From Octopus vulgaris (taxonomy: Eukaryota): DNA of 64,000 nucleotides. Under the pieces are notes generated by a model. It was not told the DNA's origin. It made no database searches and worked only from the letters and a program-made list of their open reading frames with translations. A program made the position numbers and the translations under genes. The stretch spans positions 111,352,001 to 111,416,000 of the forward strand of contig OX597820.1 of NCBI GenBank assembly GCA_951406725.2. Direction: 5' to 3'. Position 1 is the first letter of the stretch. Each line of letters begins with the position of its first letter. This document shows, piece after piece, positions 1-13,823 of this stretch.

Positions 1-145
1 ATATATACATATATATATGCATACATACATATATATATATACACATATACATACACACACACAATATAATACACACATACACATACATACATACATATAT
101 ATATATATACACATACATACACATGTACATACATATATGTATGCA

Positions 146-508
146 GGAGTGGCTGTGTGGTAAGTAGCTTGCTTACCAACCACATGGTTCTGGGTTCAGT
201 CCCACTGCATGGCACCTTGGGCAAGTGTCTTCTACTGTAGCCTTGGGCCGACCAAGGCCTTGTAAGTGAATTTGGTATGTATATATATATGTATATGTTT
301 GTGTGTCTGTGTTTGTCCCCCCAACATCGCTTGACAACCGATGCTGGTGTGTTTACGTCCCCGTCACTTAGCGGTTCAGCAAGAGAGACCGATAGAACAA
401 CTACTAGGCTTAGAAAGAATAAGTCCTGGGGGCGATTTGCTCGAATAAAGGCGGTGCTCCAGCATTGCTACAGTCAAATGACTGAAACAAATAAAAGAAT
501 GAAAGAAT
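146..508 (+). mobile_element. tRNA-derived SINE, family 1 (other copies near 15389-15960, 32119-32520, 34271-34530; minus-strand fragments near 4741-4860, 17590-17745, 19433-19540)
   Basis: A-box-like TGGCTGTGTGG and B-box-like GGTTCAGTCCC head, GGCACCTTGGGCAAGTG core and GCGGTGCTCCAGCAT..CTGAAAC tail; dispersed copies throughout the window. Confidence 0.85.
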
Positions 509-510
509 AT

Positions 511-972
511 ATCATCATCATCATCATCTTTTAACGTCTGCTTTCCATGCTAGCATGGGTTGGACGATTTGACTGAGGTCTGGCGAACTAGATAGCTGCA
601 CCAGGCTCCAATCTGACCTGGCAGAGTTTCTACAGCTGGATTCCCTTCCTAATGCCAACCACTCCGTGAGTGTAGTGGCACGTTGCCACTGGCATGAGGG
701 CCAGTCAGGGATACTGGCAGCGACCACGCTCAAATGGTACTTTTTATGTGCCACCTGCACAGGAGCCAGTCCAGCAGCACTGGCAATAAATGTTTTTTCA
801 CGTGCCACTAGCACAAGTGCCAGTAAGGCACCACAGGTAACAATCATGCTCAAATGGTGCTTTTTATGTGCCATCAGCATTGATGCCAGCTTGTTGCTCT
901 GGCAACGATCCTGCTCGTATGGTACTCTTAGCGCTCCACTAGCACAGATGCCAGTCATCAAATTTGATTTCT
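511..972 (-). mobile_element. RTE LINE 3' end fragment (similar + strand copies at about 17770-18145 and 18675-19145)
   Basis: Matches the 3' UTR of the RTE copy at 50435-51675, with (GAT)n tail and internal GCCAGTGGCACGTAAAAAGCACC-type repeats. Confidence 0.8.
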
Positions 973-977
973 ATTTC

Positions 978-1019
<42 letters not shown>

Positions 1020-1309
1020 ATACATATATATATATGTATACACATATATATATATTTATACATATATATATTTATACATGTATATATATATATATAGATA
1101 AACACACATACATGTATGGGTACAGGGTGTCACCAACAGTAAACATGAAATATGAAAATAATGAGTTGACTATGCAAACAACGATAGTAACAAATGGAAA
1201 ACAGGACGAGTAACATAAAGAACGACCCTTCATCAGTTTTCAGCTGTCTATTTACTCCTCATTTCGAGCATTGAATGACAACACATGCATATGCATACAT
1301 ACATACATA

Positions 1310-2012
1310 TGTCCTTGCACCGGGGCCATCTGGACACCCGTTTTCACCATGAGCAGGGATTAATCTCCACTCTTCGCTCCTTTGCACCACATGGGCTCAA
1401 CTCTCCTCCTCTCTTCCTCTCACACCTACTTCCTCCCACCCACCTCTCCTCTCTTGCTCTGGTACCTACTTCCTCTCTTCACTCCTACCCACTTTCTCCC
1501 TTCCACCCTCTCCCTTCATCATCAACCCCTCCCTCGCTACCACATCCCTACACATTCCAACCCCACCATCACTATACATCCCATCCCTTAGACGCCCCCA
1601 CCCTTGCTTCCCTCACTCTTGCCCCCCCACACGCCAACAACACACACTACACACCACACCACCCCACAAACACTAGCACTGACCACTTCCCAGCACCTAC
1701 AACATCATCCATACACCTACACATGCACACGCACACACGTCAATGTCACCAGCTCCCTTCCACACACACGCTCTCGCATACACATGCACCTTTGTTTTGA
1801 GACCACTACTACTCCTAGCCCTCCTGTATGACCCCATTAGAGATCGCTAGCCACTAAACCTTTTTCTATTTTCTCTCCCTGTTTATTCCTGTGTTTCTGT
1901 CGAAGAGCATAGGCTCAAAATGTAAAAGACTTTCTCACTTCCTGAGCATTAAACTAATACATCTGTTTGTTGTTTACACACTCGTCTTCATCATTTTTTT
2001 TTGTAAATTTTC
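1310..2012 (+). mobile_element. Penelope-like element 3' remnant (GIY-YIG C-terminus, C/A-rich spacer, terminal repeat)
   Basis: Peptide RGHLDTRFHHEQGLISTLRSFAPHGLN has the PxGLN ending typical of Penelope GIY-YIG endonucleases. The terminal part recurs inverted at about 19250-19430. Confidence 0.6.
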
Positions 2013-2261
2013 ACTATATGTATATATATTTATATATATATATGTATATATATAGGATGTAGAGGGGCTGGCACAGAACCACCAGTGATGGAGAGCACTG
2101 ATAGATCTGGCCAACTCTACACATGATAATGTCTCTGGGATCACTAACCTGGGATGACTCCAGCACCCATGAAGTAAGCAAACAAGCAATATATATATAT
2201 ATATATATATATAACAAAGTGGAGTTGTAAGGTACCGCACAAGTGGAAATATATATGAAAG

Positions 2262-2753
2262 AAGGTTTGAAAATGCAATTTTAAAAGATGTTTATTCACT
2301 TGACCGGTTTCACTTTTTTAGAAAAAAAATTGTCAAAAGTAAAATGTAAAAGCTTTGTAAAAACTTTGTTGTGTTAAGTACTTGTTTTCACAAAATATTA
2401 CAATATATATATATATACATTCTTTGATAATAATAAGAAAATGTTAAAAACAGTTTACAGGAAAAATCTTGAGAAAATATTAAAAATTATAATTTTCTGT
2501 GTATATATATATATATATAGATACTTACAAACAAACATTTTAATATTTTCTCAAGATTTTACCTGTAAATTGTTTTTAACATTTTCTTATTATTATCAAA
2601 GACTGTATATATGTATTGTAATATTTTGTGAAAACAAGTACTTAACACAACAAAGCTTTTACAAAACTTTTACATTTTACTTTTGACAATCTTTTTCTAA
2701 AACAGTGAAACTGGTCAAGTGAATAAACATCTTTTAAAATTGCATTTTCAAAC

Positions 2754-2756
<3 letters not shown>
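2262..2756. repeat. Long inverted repeat / hairpin element (arms about 2262-2485 and 2538-2756)
   Basis: The arms are near reverse complements (AAGGTTTGAAAATGCAATTTTAAAAGATG... and ...CATCTTTTAAAATTGCATTTTCAAACCTT) and are flanked by (TA)n. Confidence 0.9.
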
Positions 2757-2794
<38 letters not shown>

Positions 2795-3290
2795 ATATAT
2801 ATATATATATATGTACATATGTATATATATATATATATGTATGAATATATATAGGAGAAGGAAACTGGGATAACTCCGACATAAAACCTGTGGCTCAGTG
2901 GTTACCAATGATGTTGACTTGTTCTTCTTTTCGGATTATGACTGCTGTTGCTTAGTGAGTGGGATTGACTCAGTGCACAGCCTTTCCTCACTTTAAAAAA
3001 AAAATCTTCTTACACAGGCATTGCACGATAACAACATTGATTAAGCTTCATGCAATGGTCATACTCGATAACGAGGGGGCAGCCACCATGTATATATATA
3101 TATATATATGTGTATGTATATGTATATATATATATGTATGTATATGTATATATATATGTATGTATATGTATATATATATGTATGTGTATGTATATATATG
3201 TGTATGTATATATATATGTATGTATATATATATATATATGTATGTATGTATATGTATATGTATATATATGTATGTATATATATATGTATG

Positions 3291-3343
<53 letters not shown>

Positions 3344-3349
3344 ATATCC

Positions 3350-3712
3350 TTAAATCCTTAAAAATGTTTTAGCCCGAAGGCCACGGCCATGCTGAGGCAC
3401 CACCATTGAATGAGCTACACTAATATGTGAATCCACCTCTGATACGTGACACTTGATCAACAAGGCAGTTCTATGCCGCTGCCCGCATCTGTGTCTCCTG
3501 TCATGAGGTAGGTTCATCTGGGACCCCCGACAAGAAGAGATCCAATTTAGTTTTAAAGAAACCCACATCCACACCATTCAAGTCTCTCAGGCATTTAGGG
3601 AGGATGTTAAAGAGCTGTGGTCTTCTGAAACCCAAGCTGTTGCAGTATCTGGTCCTGTATTTTGATGGTGATGTTGGAATCTTTGGCACCATGCAGTGGC
3701 GCCCCGTTCTGC
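3350..3712 (-). mobile_element. LINE ORF2 C-terminus and 3' end (clade uncertain)
   Basis: ORF 3501..3692 reads [37 protein letters not shown], a non-LTR RT C-terminal pattern, followed by a short 3' tail. Confidence 0.7.
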
Positions 3713-4490
<778 letters not shown>

Positions 4491-4915
4491 ACATAGGGTA
4501 AATGTGTTTGGAAGTTGTGGTTTTTTTGGTTTGCTTGTTCCCAAACAACACTTCTTTTAGTGCTGTTGACACCGCCGGATTGAATGGTACTGCCCAGGTG
4601 TCAAAACCATAATGATATCCGTGGGGCAGCTGATGACTGAGGTATGTTGGATTGTTGGTATGGCTGTGAAATAGTATTATAATACATCCTTTTGATATAT
4701 ATATATATACATGCTAATATCATACTGTGAGAATATACAGACTTTTTTTAGTTTCTGTGTACCATAATTTCTCAGAAGGCTATAATTTCTCAGGGCTATA
4801 GTAGAAGACACTTGCCCAAGGTGATACAGTGGGAAACAAGCTTCTTAACCATACAGCCACATTATAATATATTGTATTATGTTATATTATATTATTTTCC
4901 TTCTCACCATTACAG

Positions 4916-5022
4916 CTGAAATTTTAGAATTATCTGGAAATGCTGCTCGTGACAATAAGAAAATCCGTATAGTGCCACGCCATATCTTATTGGCCATTGC
5001 TAATGATGAAGAACTTCACCTT
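4916..5022 (+). CDS. macroH2A: macroH2A coding exon, H2A histone fold core (first coding exon is upstream of the window)
   Basis: ccattacAG acceptor and GTGAGT donor; 107 nt, phase 1 to 0. Translates (A)[35 protein letters not shown], the H2A/macroH2A fold motif. Not in the ORF track. Confidence 0.95.
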
Positions 5023-7065
5023 GTGAGTAGTTTTTAATTTGTTTTAGCAACATGCTTGTGCATTTTTATGAGTTTTTTTGGTGACTGTCATTATAAAATG
5101 TGCATGTCATACTGCTAGTGCATGCATATACAGATACGTGTGTGTGCACATACATGCGAGTACTGTCCAAATCTCCGACCAATCACATACAGCTAGCTGG
5201 CATTCAATTGGTGTTTCAAGTTTTGAGCATTTTGATTGGGTTTTGGATAGAAAATTCACAAAAAAGTCACTTCTATTGATTTTTTAATGGCTTTGCAGGG
5301 TGACTGGTGAAATATAAAGATGTGCACGACCACCCTTGGATGGTTTTGAATGACCATAGAAAGTGCGAGCCCTCTAACGGAAAAATTGTGGATTTGTATA
5401 AAAGACACACACACAGACATTTTGCCGTTTATATATAGAGAGATTTGTGTGTGTATGTATATACTAGTTGAGTATCCTGTCATTGCCGGTCAATTTTCAC
5501 AATAGAATGCCTTTATTTCAATTTTTTTTAATACTATCAGACCATATCTTCCCCAGCAGATAGGCCACTTGATTAGGATGGATTTCTGCACTATTTGGGG
5601 CAATTTATAATGTCTCGATAAATGAAGTTTCATGTATTTCCATTTGGTTCATAGATGTAAAGATTTCTCTTAGTTCGTTGCTGATATTCTGTGAGGGTTT
5701 TTCAACTTTGTCAGCCTAATGAAATCCCATTCATGCATGCATATACACACACATACTGAGCTTGAGCATTATTATGTATGGAGAGTGAGAGAGACTGTGA
5801 TAAATATATAGAATGAGGAGGAAGTGTACAATGAGAAAAACATAAATGAAAGAGATAGACAAATAGTGAGAAAAATCTTTCCTGTTGTCACAGATTTTGA
5901 AATCTTAAAATAAGTTATAAAATTTGGTATATTGATGAACTTTTCATGCTGAATCTGATTTTATGATTCATTTATTCCAGAAAAATTTTAGAAAAATGTT
6001 AGAGATTTAAAGTTTGATCATTTTTAACCAATCAGAAAACAGGATTTGGAAGCTAGCATTTTCTGCATAATAGTTGTCTGTCATAAAATGAAAGTAAACA
6101 TTACCACAAAGTTTTAAACAAAATGAAAGAAATTACATGTCATATGAACAGAGAGAGATGAGGAGCAGTATGCCTGAGAGATATACATATACAGACAGAG
6201 AGTGATAAAGAATGGTAAATATATAGAGAAAGGAGAAAGGAAGAAAGCCTGTTGGAGACAGATAGAGAGTGGTAGATTTCTTGATATAAAAGTTGAATTA
6301 TTTCTCGTAGTAAATTATATTTTTTGATTAATTATAACATGTACTCATTCATTTTATAAGTGTGTATGAAAATGTGTGGCTTAATGGTTAAAATTTTTGA
6401 CTCACAATGATAATGTCATAGGTTCAATTCCTGGACTAAGTTTATTGCTCTGGTTTACTCAGCTGAAAATGAACGCCAGTCTAATGTTAATGCAACTCTC
6501 TCTTCTTCCTGCTGTCACATCTTCAATGTTCTGCTGGGTCAAGTGTGGAAGGGCCAAGAAGGTGTCTGTGTCTGCTCACAACTACTGAGGCCCCTAAGAT
6601 TATTAGCAGAAGTATGGTTCCTGTTATCAACTCATAGTCACTTGTGAGTGAAAGATATGGTTGTGTGTGTATCATCATTCTACATCCACTTTTCCATGTT
6701 TGCATGGGTCAGATTTCCTATGGCCAGATGCCCTCCCTGTTCATTGACCCTCACCTGTTTCCAAATAATGTAATATTTCACCATAGCTGCACATGTTTTC
6801 ACAGAAGACCCAAAATGAATGATCACTTGTGACACTCATTTACATCATGTGATGTCAGGACAGGGAGACAGTAACACACACACGCATGACAGGTTTGTTT
6901 CCCTTTCTGTCAACTAAATCCACCCACAAATCTTTGGTCAACCTTTGGGGCTGTTGTACAAGTTACATGTTTGATGTATAGTGCAGCAGGACAGAATCCA
7001 TGACTGCATAGTTTGTTAAAAAGTTTGCTTAAGAAGCAAGCTTCTTAACTAAACAACCACATTTA

Positions 7066-7111
<46 letters not shown>

Positions 7112-7727
7112 TCATGGGTGAAGCAGGGTAGAGATTTAAGCCTTGGTCAACTGAGTCCAGTACTTGGTTTCTTCTCCTAAATATATCTATTCTACTTCAC
7201 TGGCATTAATGCCTTTCATATTGTTTCCAAAGACTATTATTGACTTTTAAAATAAAGAAAGGCCAATACTTATCTGGCTGCAGAGACTATCTGCATGTAG
7301 CAATGCCCTGCTGACTGGTCAATGGCATTAGCAAGTTATCTAAACCAGGTTGAGGGGAGCTGATGAGTTTTAAATTCTTGGTGAAATTCTTTAGAGTTTG
7401 TCTCTCAATATAGTTGAAGACTGGGTTTCTGATGAACTGCATGGAGGAAACTTGTCCATTAATGATCAAGTTTCAAAAGGCAAAATGACGATATCCAAAG
7501 CAATTATTTTTGTTACTAGGCAGTGAGAGAATCAGAAAAAAATGCCTTGAGTATTTTTTCTGATTCTTTGCAATCAAAGTTCAATGGATAAAAATGAAGT
7601 TGACTTCTGTGTTACTAAAACCCAGAACCTAAGAAAAAGATGTAACTAAATACTGCATGGCATTTTGCGTGAAATTCTACAGATTCTTGTTAATACGTTT
7701 AATATTAATAATAATGATGATGATGAT

Positions 7728-7939
7728 TTCAATTTTTGGCACAAGGCCAGCAGTTTTGGGGTGGGGGTTAAGTCGATTACATTGACCCCCACCAGTGCTC
7801 AAAAGGATGAAAGGTAAAGTCAGCCTTGGTGGAATTTGAACTCAGAACGTAATGTTGGATGAAATGCCACTAAGCATTTTGCCTGGCATGCTAAAGATCT
7901 GGCCAGCTTGCCACCTGACGATGATGATGTTGTTGTTGT

Positions 7940-7985
<46 letters not shown>

Positions 7986-8716
7986 CCTTTCTAAAATAGG
8001 TACAAGGCCTGAAATTTGGGAAGGTGGGTAGTTAGTTACACCAATCCCAGAACTTGACTTCTTCTGAGCTCCAAATAAAAAGTGTCAGAACAAACACTGC
8101 AAAGTATTTTATCTGACACTCTAGCAATTGTACCAGCTCACCATCTTTAAATAATGGTACCCTATTTCAAGGCAAACTTGACCTCTGCAGGATTTGAACT
8201 CAAAACATAAAGAGCTATAAGAAATGCTGCTAGGCATTTTGTCTAACATACTAACTATTCTGCCAGCTCACCACCTTTAAATAATGGTTTCAAGTTTAGG
8301 TGCAAGGTCACCTATTTTGAGAGGAGGGGATTAGCCAATATTGTTGATCCCAGTACTTGACTCCAAAAGAGAGGCAAAGTGATATCAACAGTATTTAAAC
8401 TCAGAATGTAATGAGATAGAAGAAATGCTACATAGCATTTCGTCTGACACAATAACGATTCTGCCAACTCACTGCCTTAATCATCATCATCATCATCATC
8501 ATCATCTTCATCAATAATAATAATAACAATAATAATATTAATAATAACTCTTTCTACTATAAGCACAAGGCCTTAAATTTTGGGGGAAGGGGCTAGTCAA
8601 CCCCACAATAGGATAGAAGGTGTAATTGACCTCAACAGAATTTGGACAAAAAAACAGACAAAATGTCTCTAATCATTTTTTCTAGTGCATTAACGATTCT
8701 GCCAGCTCGCTGCCTT
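7728..8716 (-). mobile_element. Head-to-tail cluster of about 5 family-2 SINE copies
   Basis: Reverse complement of the GCTGGCAGAATCGTTAG...TCTGAGTTCAAATTCC..GTCGACTTTGCCTTTCATCC unit, separated by (AAT)/(GAT)/(CAT) runs. Confidence 0.8.
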
Positions 8717-8758
8717 AATAATAATAATAATGATTTTTGTTTTAATATTATTCCACAG

Positions 8759-9049
8759 TTACTTAAACATGTCACCATTCCTGCTGGTGGGGTACTGCCA
8801 AAGATCCACCCTGAATTGCTCAGCCAGCAGAAGAGAAGAGGAGGCAAGGCAATACAGCAAGGATCTACATCCACTGTGAGTGGTGCAAGTACCTCCAGAT
8901 CTGGAGCACAACCACCAACAACAAAAAAAGCCAAGTTGACCAATGCACAGAATAGCCATCCAGATACAACAACTGCTGCCAGAAAACCTGCTGCTGTTCC
9001 GGCAAATAAGGTTACTAAGACTGTTGATAGCAAACCAAAAGGTGTCAAA
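8759..9049 (+). CDS. macroH2A: macroH2A coding exon: H2A docking domain plus basic linker
   Basis: ttccacAG acceptor and GTAAGT donor; 291 nt, phase 0 to 0. LLKHVTIPAGGVLPKIHPELLSQQKRRGGK...KPKGVK (inside ORF 8642..9067). Confidence 0.95.
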
Positions 9050-9161
9050 GTAAGTACAGATTGCTAAATTCTTGCTGATTCTTGGTGCTGTCGTTTAGCC
9101 CCTAGGTGAGTCTTGAAACAGCCATGATCATCCTATATTCTTTTAGGGGTAGTTTATCCAG

Positions 9162-9394
9162 AGTGGTGGATCTCAACCATTTTGGCCTATGGACCTATTT
9201 AATTTCTGTTTTCCTCGAGTGGACCGCCATAGTTATTTGATGTTTTAAAAAATCTCATATTTTTATAATTAAATATTATTAGGAATTATATAAAAGAAAT
9301 TGTTAAAATATTTTGTGTCTTGTAGTAGTATAAGTGACTTATGGCACATTAATTTTAACAACAAAATCTTATATGGACCCTGGTTGAGAGCCAC
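9162..9394. mobile_element. Degenerate hAT-like MITE
   Basis: Ends GTGG..TCTCAACC and GGTTGAGAGCCAC form terminal inverted repeats resembling CAGTGGTTCTCAACC. Confidence 0.55.
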
Positions 9395-10179
9395 ATTATA
9401 TAATGTGTCCTTCCTTTTTGAAGGCAATAGCTATTTCTATCATGTCAAACAACCATAAAGAAGTTCCCTTATAGACTTATAGTAATGTTGTTGTTTTTCT
9501 TGTTTAGCCCAGGGTTAGCCCTAATCAAGCAAACCTATAATCAAGATGCCAGTCATGGTAATTATTTTTTTCATGCATAAGTGCATCTAGGACAACAATA
9601 TTTAATGTGTCTTTTCTGTGATTTAAGAGAGAATTTGGTTATTTCTAGCAGACTGCATAACATCTATGGAAATAACCACTACTATGACATCCATCACCAT
9701 TGCCACACTCACCAATATTACCACATCCACTGCCACCTCAACCATCAGCACACCCATGGCCACCACCACCTCCACTACTACAATCACCACACCCCAATAC
9801 TATGATTACACACACTACCATCACCACTCCCACCTTAGAGCCTCTACATTGTTGCTTTACCTACTATAAATAGTAACCAAATCACTCTCTGATCCACTCT
9901 GCTATCTTAAAATATAATGAATACACCAAATAATGTGATCTTGGGTTCTCAACACATAGGTAAAAGAGGGAATGGTCATGATTGGAACGACATTGACCAT
10001 GGAGCTAAACAACACCAACACTACACCCATGACAAACACTACTATTACCACTACCACCACCACCTTATTAAGTCCACTGGATGGTGGTGAATGGATTTGT
10101 GGAAACAGAGTCCAGATATTACTGCAATTTTTTTAGGGACCCTGTTATCACTTTATCAGTTATCATTCTCTTATTTCAG

Positions 10180-10281
10180 GCTCGAATATTAAAAGATGCT
10201 GAAAATGTAAACATGGCTGCTGCAGAGAATCTGGCTGGATTTTCAGTTTTATCTGAGAAGAAACTATTCCTAGGACAGAAG
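10180..10281 (+). CDS. macroH2A: macroH2A coding exon: linker end and macrodomain start
   Basis: ttatttcAG acceptor and GTGAGT donor; 102 nt, phase 0 to 0. ARILKDAENVNMAAAENLAGFSVLSEKKLFLGQK resembles vertebrate GFTVLSTKSLFLGQK. Confidence 0.93.
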
Positions 10282-10879
10282 GTGAGTTCTTCCACTGATG
10301 TTGATGTTGTGACCATTGTGATTTCCATTTAGTGAAGAAAGAAAGTACTACCCATGAGCCTTTACCAAAGTCTGCAAGACAAGTTGGAGGGAGGGAGGAA
10401 TGTATTTGCAAAGATGGAAACCTGGGCCAGATACTTGCAATAGAATGAACTCCACTAAAGACGTCTGAGTGTCAAGTATGAGTGCTAAGTTTATTGCCTA
10501 GGTATGCCAATGGTAGAATTTCAATTCCGAACACAAAGAATCAGAGCAAATACTACAAAGCATCCAGTTTCACGTTTTTACAGTCCTATTAGTCTACTGC
10601 CCTAGAACAGTATGTTTTTGATGAATCCCCTAAAAGATTAAAAGCAGTCTTAACCTTGGCATGATTTGAACTCAAAGTGTTGTAGAGAGTCAGAACAAAT
10701 ACTGTGAGATAATTGTGATGGTGGTGGTGGTGGTGACAGTAGCATTGTTGTTTCAAATCATAATTGAAGAAATATGAGATGGTCAAAGCCAAAATAATAT
10801 TGGTCATGGCTTAACTTCATCATGAACTGACCTGAGGTGAAACAACAACATCAGACAATGACCAACAAGATGCCCACAA

Positions 10880-11107
10880 ATCCACCCAACAAATTCCACG
10901 TATTATATGGGTGGTGAAGTGGATAAGTACTGATCTATAGCTTAAGAATAACAACAATAGCACCATAACATAAACAACAATAAAAATATGACTGGAAGAG
11001 CAAAACAGGGGTGAGTGACATGGTAGGACTGTCAGTTCAGTTCATATCTTGGGGATATTATTGGAGTGCTTTTGTGTGCTCTATTGAAATGACAGCATCA
11101 TTATGAT
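10880..11107 (+). pseudogene. Partial duplicate (pseudo-exon) of macroH2A exon 12338-12428 plus its downstream intron
   Basis: 228-bp direct repeat of 12386-12613 with 3 mismatches. The donor GTAAGT reads ATAAGT at 10923, and the acceptor and 5' half of the exon are absent. Confidence 0.9.
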
Positions 11108-12337
11108 CTGCATCTGGTTCAGTTTGTCTGTGTTGTGTGGTCAGCTTTCCAGCCTTGACCACATTGTCTCTGATGATGATGATATTGTTGTTAAGTGACC
11201 CCAGTCCCCTCTGCCACAACTAGGCTAAACACTGAGTTATCCCTGCAGAACTGTATCAATATATGGTACATCAAATACAGTCAGTCTTTATTGCATAATT
11301 TGACCATGCCTGTGTGGTCAGGCACAGCCATGGCTGTGTGGTTAAGAAGTTCCCTTTCCAACCACATAATCTCAAGTTCAGTCCCACTACATGGCTCATT
11401 GTACAAGTGTAGAACATCTGCCTCAACAAGGGTTCCATCTTACTCGTGCAAGAGTGGAAAAGTGAATGTTAAAATAATGATGATGATCAGATTTCCAGTG
11501 ATGACCACCTCATCTATAATAATGTTGTTGTTTAACTTCTGGTTAGTCCAGATTGAGCTGATCTATGAGTAAAGGTATTCTAGCCATGACCATCTCATCT
11601 TTTTAGAGATATTTAACATTACATTATCCCCTGTATTCTTCCTTTTTTGAAGAGAATAAGGTGTGATTTGAAAGAATTAACTATTTTTAGCAGTTCAAGC
11701 AACTATGTAGACTCATCATCTATGATGTAGTTGCTAATGGTTCTTGGGTAGCCTCTGCTGGGCCTTATTATAAAGATACACACTCATCTCTCCCTGATTT
11801 CTAAAATACAATGTTCCATATAGTTTGATCTCTCTTCATTGTCAGTTATTATATTCACTATTGGTGAAAAGCTGTTTCCAGACAGTACAACGGTTTCCAG
11901 CTCAAGAGGCTTCCTTATCAGCAAGTACATACTCCTATATTCTGTTCTCTTCCAGTACTTTTCTCATTAAATTCTCAACTTCAAAACAATGCCATTGATC
12001 TTGACTAATCTGGATGAAAATGTCTGCTCTTACCTATGAGTTTTGTTTTTCTCTATCCTTGTAAAGTCTTATACTAATCCATGGGATAATCTTCCTTCCA
12101 ATTCTAACTGTTATCCATAGACTTTGGTCAAACCTTAACCCTATCCACAACATTTTTGCCTCTTTCTGTTTTATTCTGTGTACTGTGTATATACTTCTAG
12201 TTTATGTTACTGTCTTTCTTTACTTGACTCATTGCTGCTTCTGTCTCCTCTTTTAACACTTTCTCACAAGTTGTGTGCATTACCACTTTATATAATAAGC
12301 TCATTATTATGTCTGTTATTATGTATTTTGTTCCCAG

Positions 12338-12428
12338 ATGACAGTATTGCAAGGAGACATAACCAAAATCAATGCTGATGCCATCATCCACCCAACAAAT
12401 TCCACGTATTATATGGGTGGTGAAGTGG
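12338..12428 (+). CDS. macroH2A: macroH2A macrodomain exon of the macroH2A1.1 (ADP-ribose-binding) type
   Basis: ttcccAG acceptor and GTAAGT donor; 91 nt, phase 0 to 1. MTVLQGDITKINADAIIHPTNSTYYMGGEV(G) carries the GDIT and GGEVG motifs. Confidence 0.95.
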
Positions 12429-13726
12429 GTAAGTACTGATCTATAGCTTAAGAATAACAACAATAGCACCATAACATAAACAACAATAAAAATATGACTG
12501 GAAGAGCAAAACAGGGGTGAGTGACATGGTAGGACTGTCAGTTCAGTTCATATCTTGGGGATATTATTGGAGTGCTTTCATGTGCTCTATTGAAATGACA
12601 GCATCATTATGATTACATCATTATCATCATCATCATTATTATCACCGTCATCCTTTCCATTGTCATCTTCATCATCATCATAATTATCATTGTCATAATT
12701 TTAACAGCCACTTTTCCATGCTTCCACGGTGAGCGGAATTATCGGCAGTTGTTGTTTAGCTTCAAGTCAGCCTTGGACTAGTGAGCCTATGACGAAAGTT
12801 TTCTTCTCGCCTGGGACGCATTACAATATTATAAGTTAACTCAACTACTTAAGTGGTACATAATTTCATTGAGCCGCCTGGAAGTTCGAAAGTCAAAATT
12901 GATCTCAACAGTTTCAACTCAAAGTATAGAAGGGCATAACTACCAAAAGGCATTTTGTCTCCTGCTATTACAATTTGGCCAGTTACAGCCAAGACCATCA
13001 CGTCATTTTCAAAATCTAGCATATTTAGGAGTACGTGCGTGCTTTCATTATAAAAAAATAAATAAATATTTCGCTACTATTTCTAGCAAAGCCAACACTT
13101 GGTAATTCTTCCCCTGAACTTTCAATGGACGAGAGCTGGAGATTGCTGATGTAAGGGGAGTAACTATTAAATCTAACAGCAGGAGTTAATTCTCTTGAAT
13201 ATAAGTCTTGCATCATTGTGGGTGCTGTACGTGGTAACTTATTTTTCTCAATTTTTGGCACATGACTAGCAATTTTATGAGGAGTGGGTTAATCGATTAC
13301 ACCGACTCCAGGATTTATCTGGTACTATATTTTATTGAGCCCGAACAGATGATATACAAAGTTAATTTCGCCAGGGTTTGAATTCTCAATCTAAAGTGCT
13401 GGAAGAAAAGTCACAAAGATTTTGCTCAACACACTAATGATACTGCCAGCTCACAGCCTTACAATAATAATAATAGTAATAAGCTAAATGCATGTTTTGA
13501 TATCAGTTTGTTCTAGAAGGATCTTTACGTACAGACATGATGGTATATTAAAACTAAACATATATGCACATTCACAATATTTGGGACTTGTTCAATATAC
13601 AGAATTGTTAGTTTATTGCATGTAGAAACACCTGTGGTGTGTTTAATATATTGACACTTAATGATGCATTTATTACTTAAAGACACTTAATGGTCTGTAG
13701 AATGTATATAATCACTATGATGTCTT

Positions 13727-13823
13727 ATATATACATACACACTACCATCTTAATCCCATATATACATACACACTACCATCTTAATCCCATATATACATAC
13801 ACTACTACCATCTTAATCCCATA
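13727..13823. repeat. Three tandem copies of a 31-bp minisatellite
   Basis: ATATATACATACACACTACCATCTTAATCCC repeated three times; the third copy has a 1-nt insertion. Confidence 0.9.

Noticed and set aside
1285-1800. 171-aa His/Pro/Thr-rich ORF as a host gene
   Set aside because: Low-complexity C/A-rich sequence following a Penelope-like endonuclease C-terminal remnant.
5160-6130. Possible Helitron-like non-autonomous fragments
   Set aside because: Terminal signatures were too degenerate to define boundaries with confidence.
10855-10922. Duplicated exon fragment as a functional macroH2A1.2-like alternative exon
   Set aside because: The donor is AT, the 5' half of the exon is absent, the nearby catcAG acceptor gives the wrong frame with a stop, and the HPTN frame has an upstream TGA.
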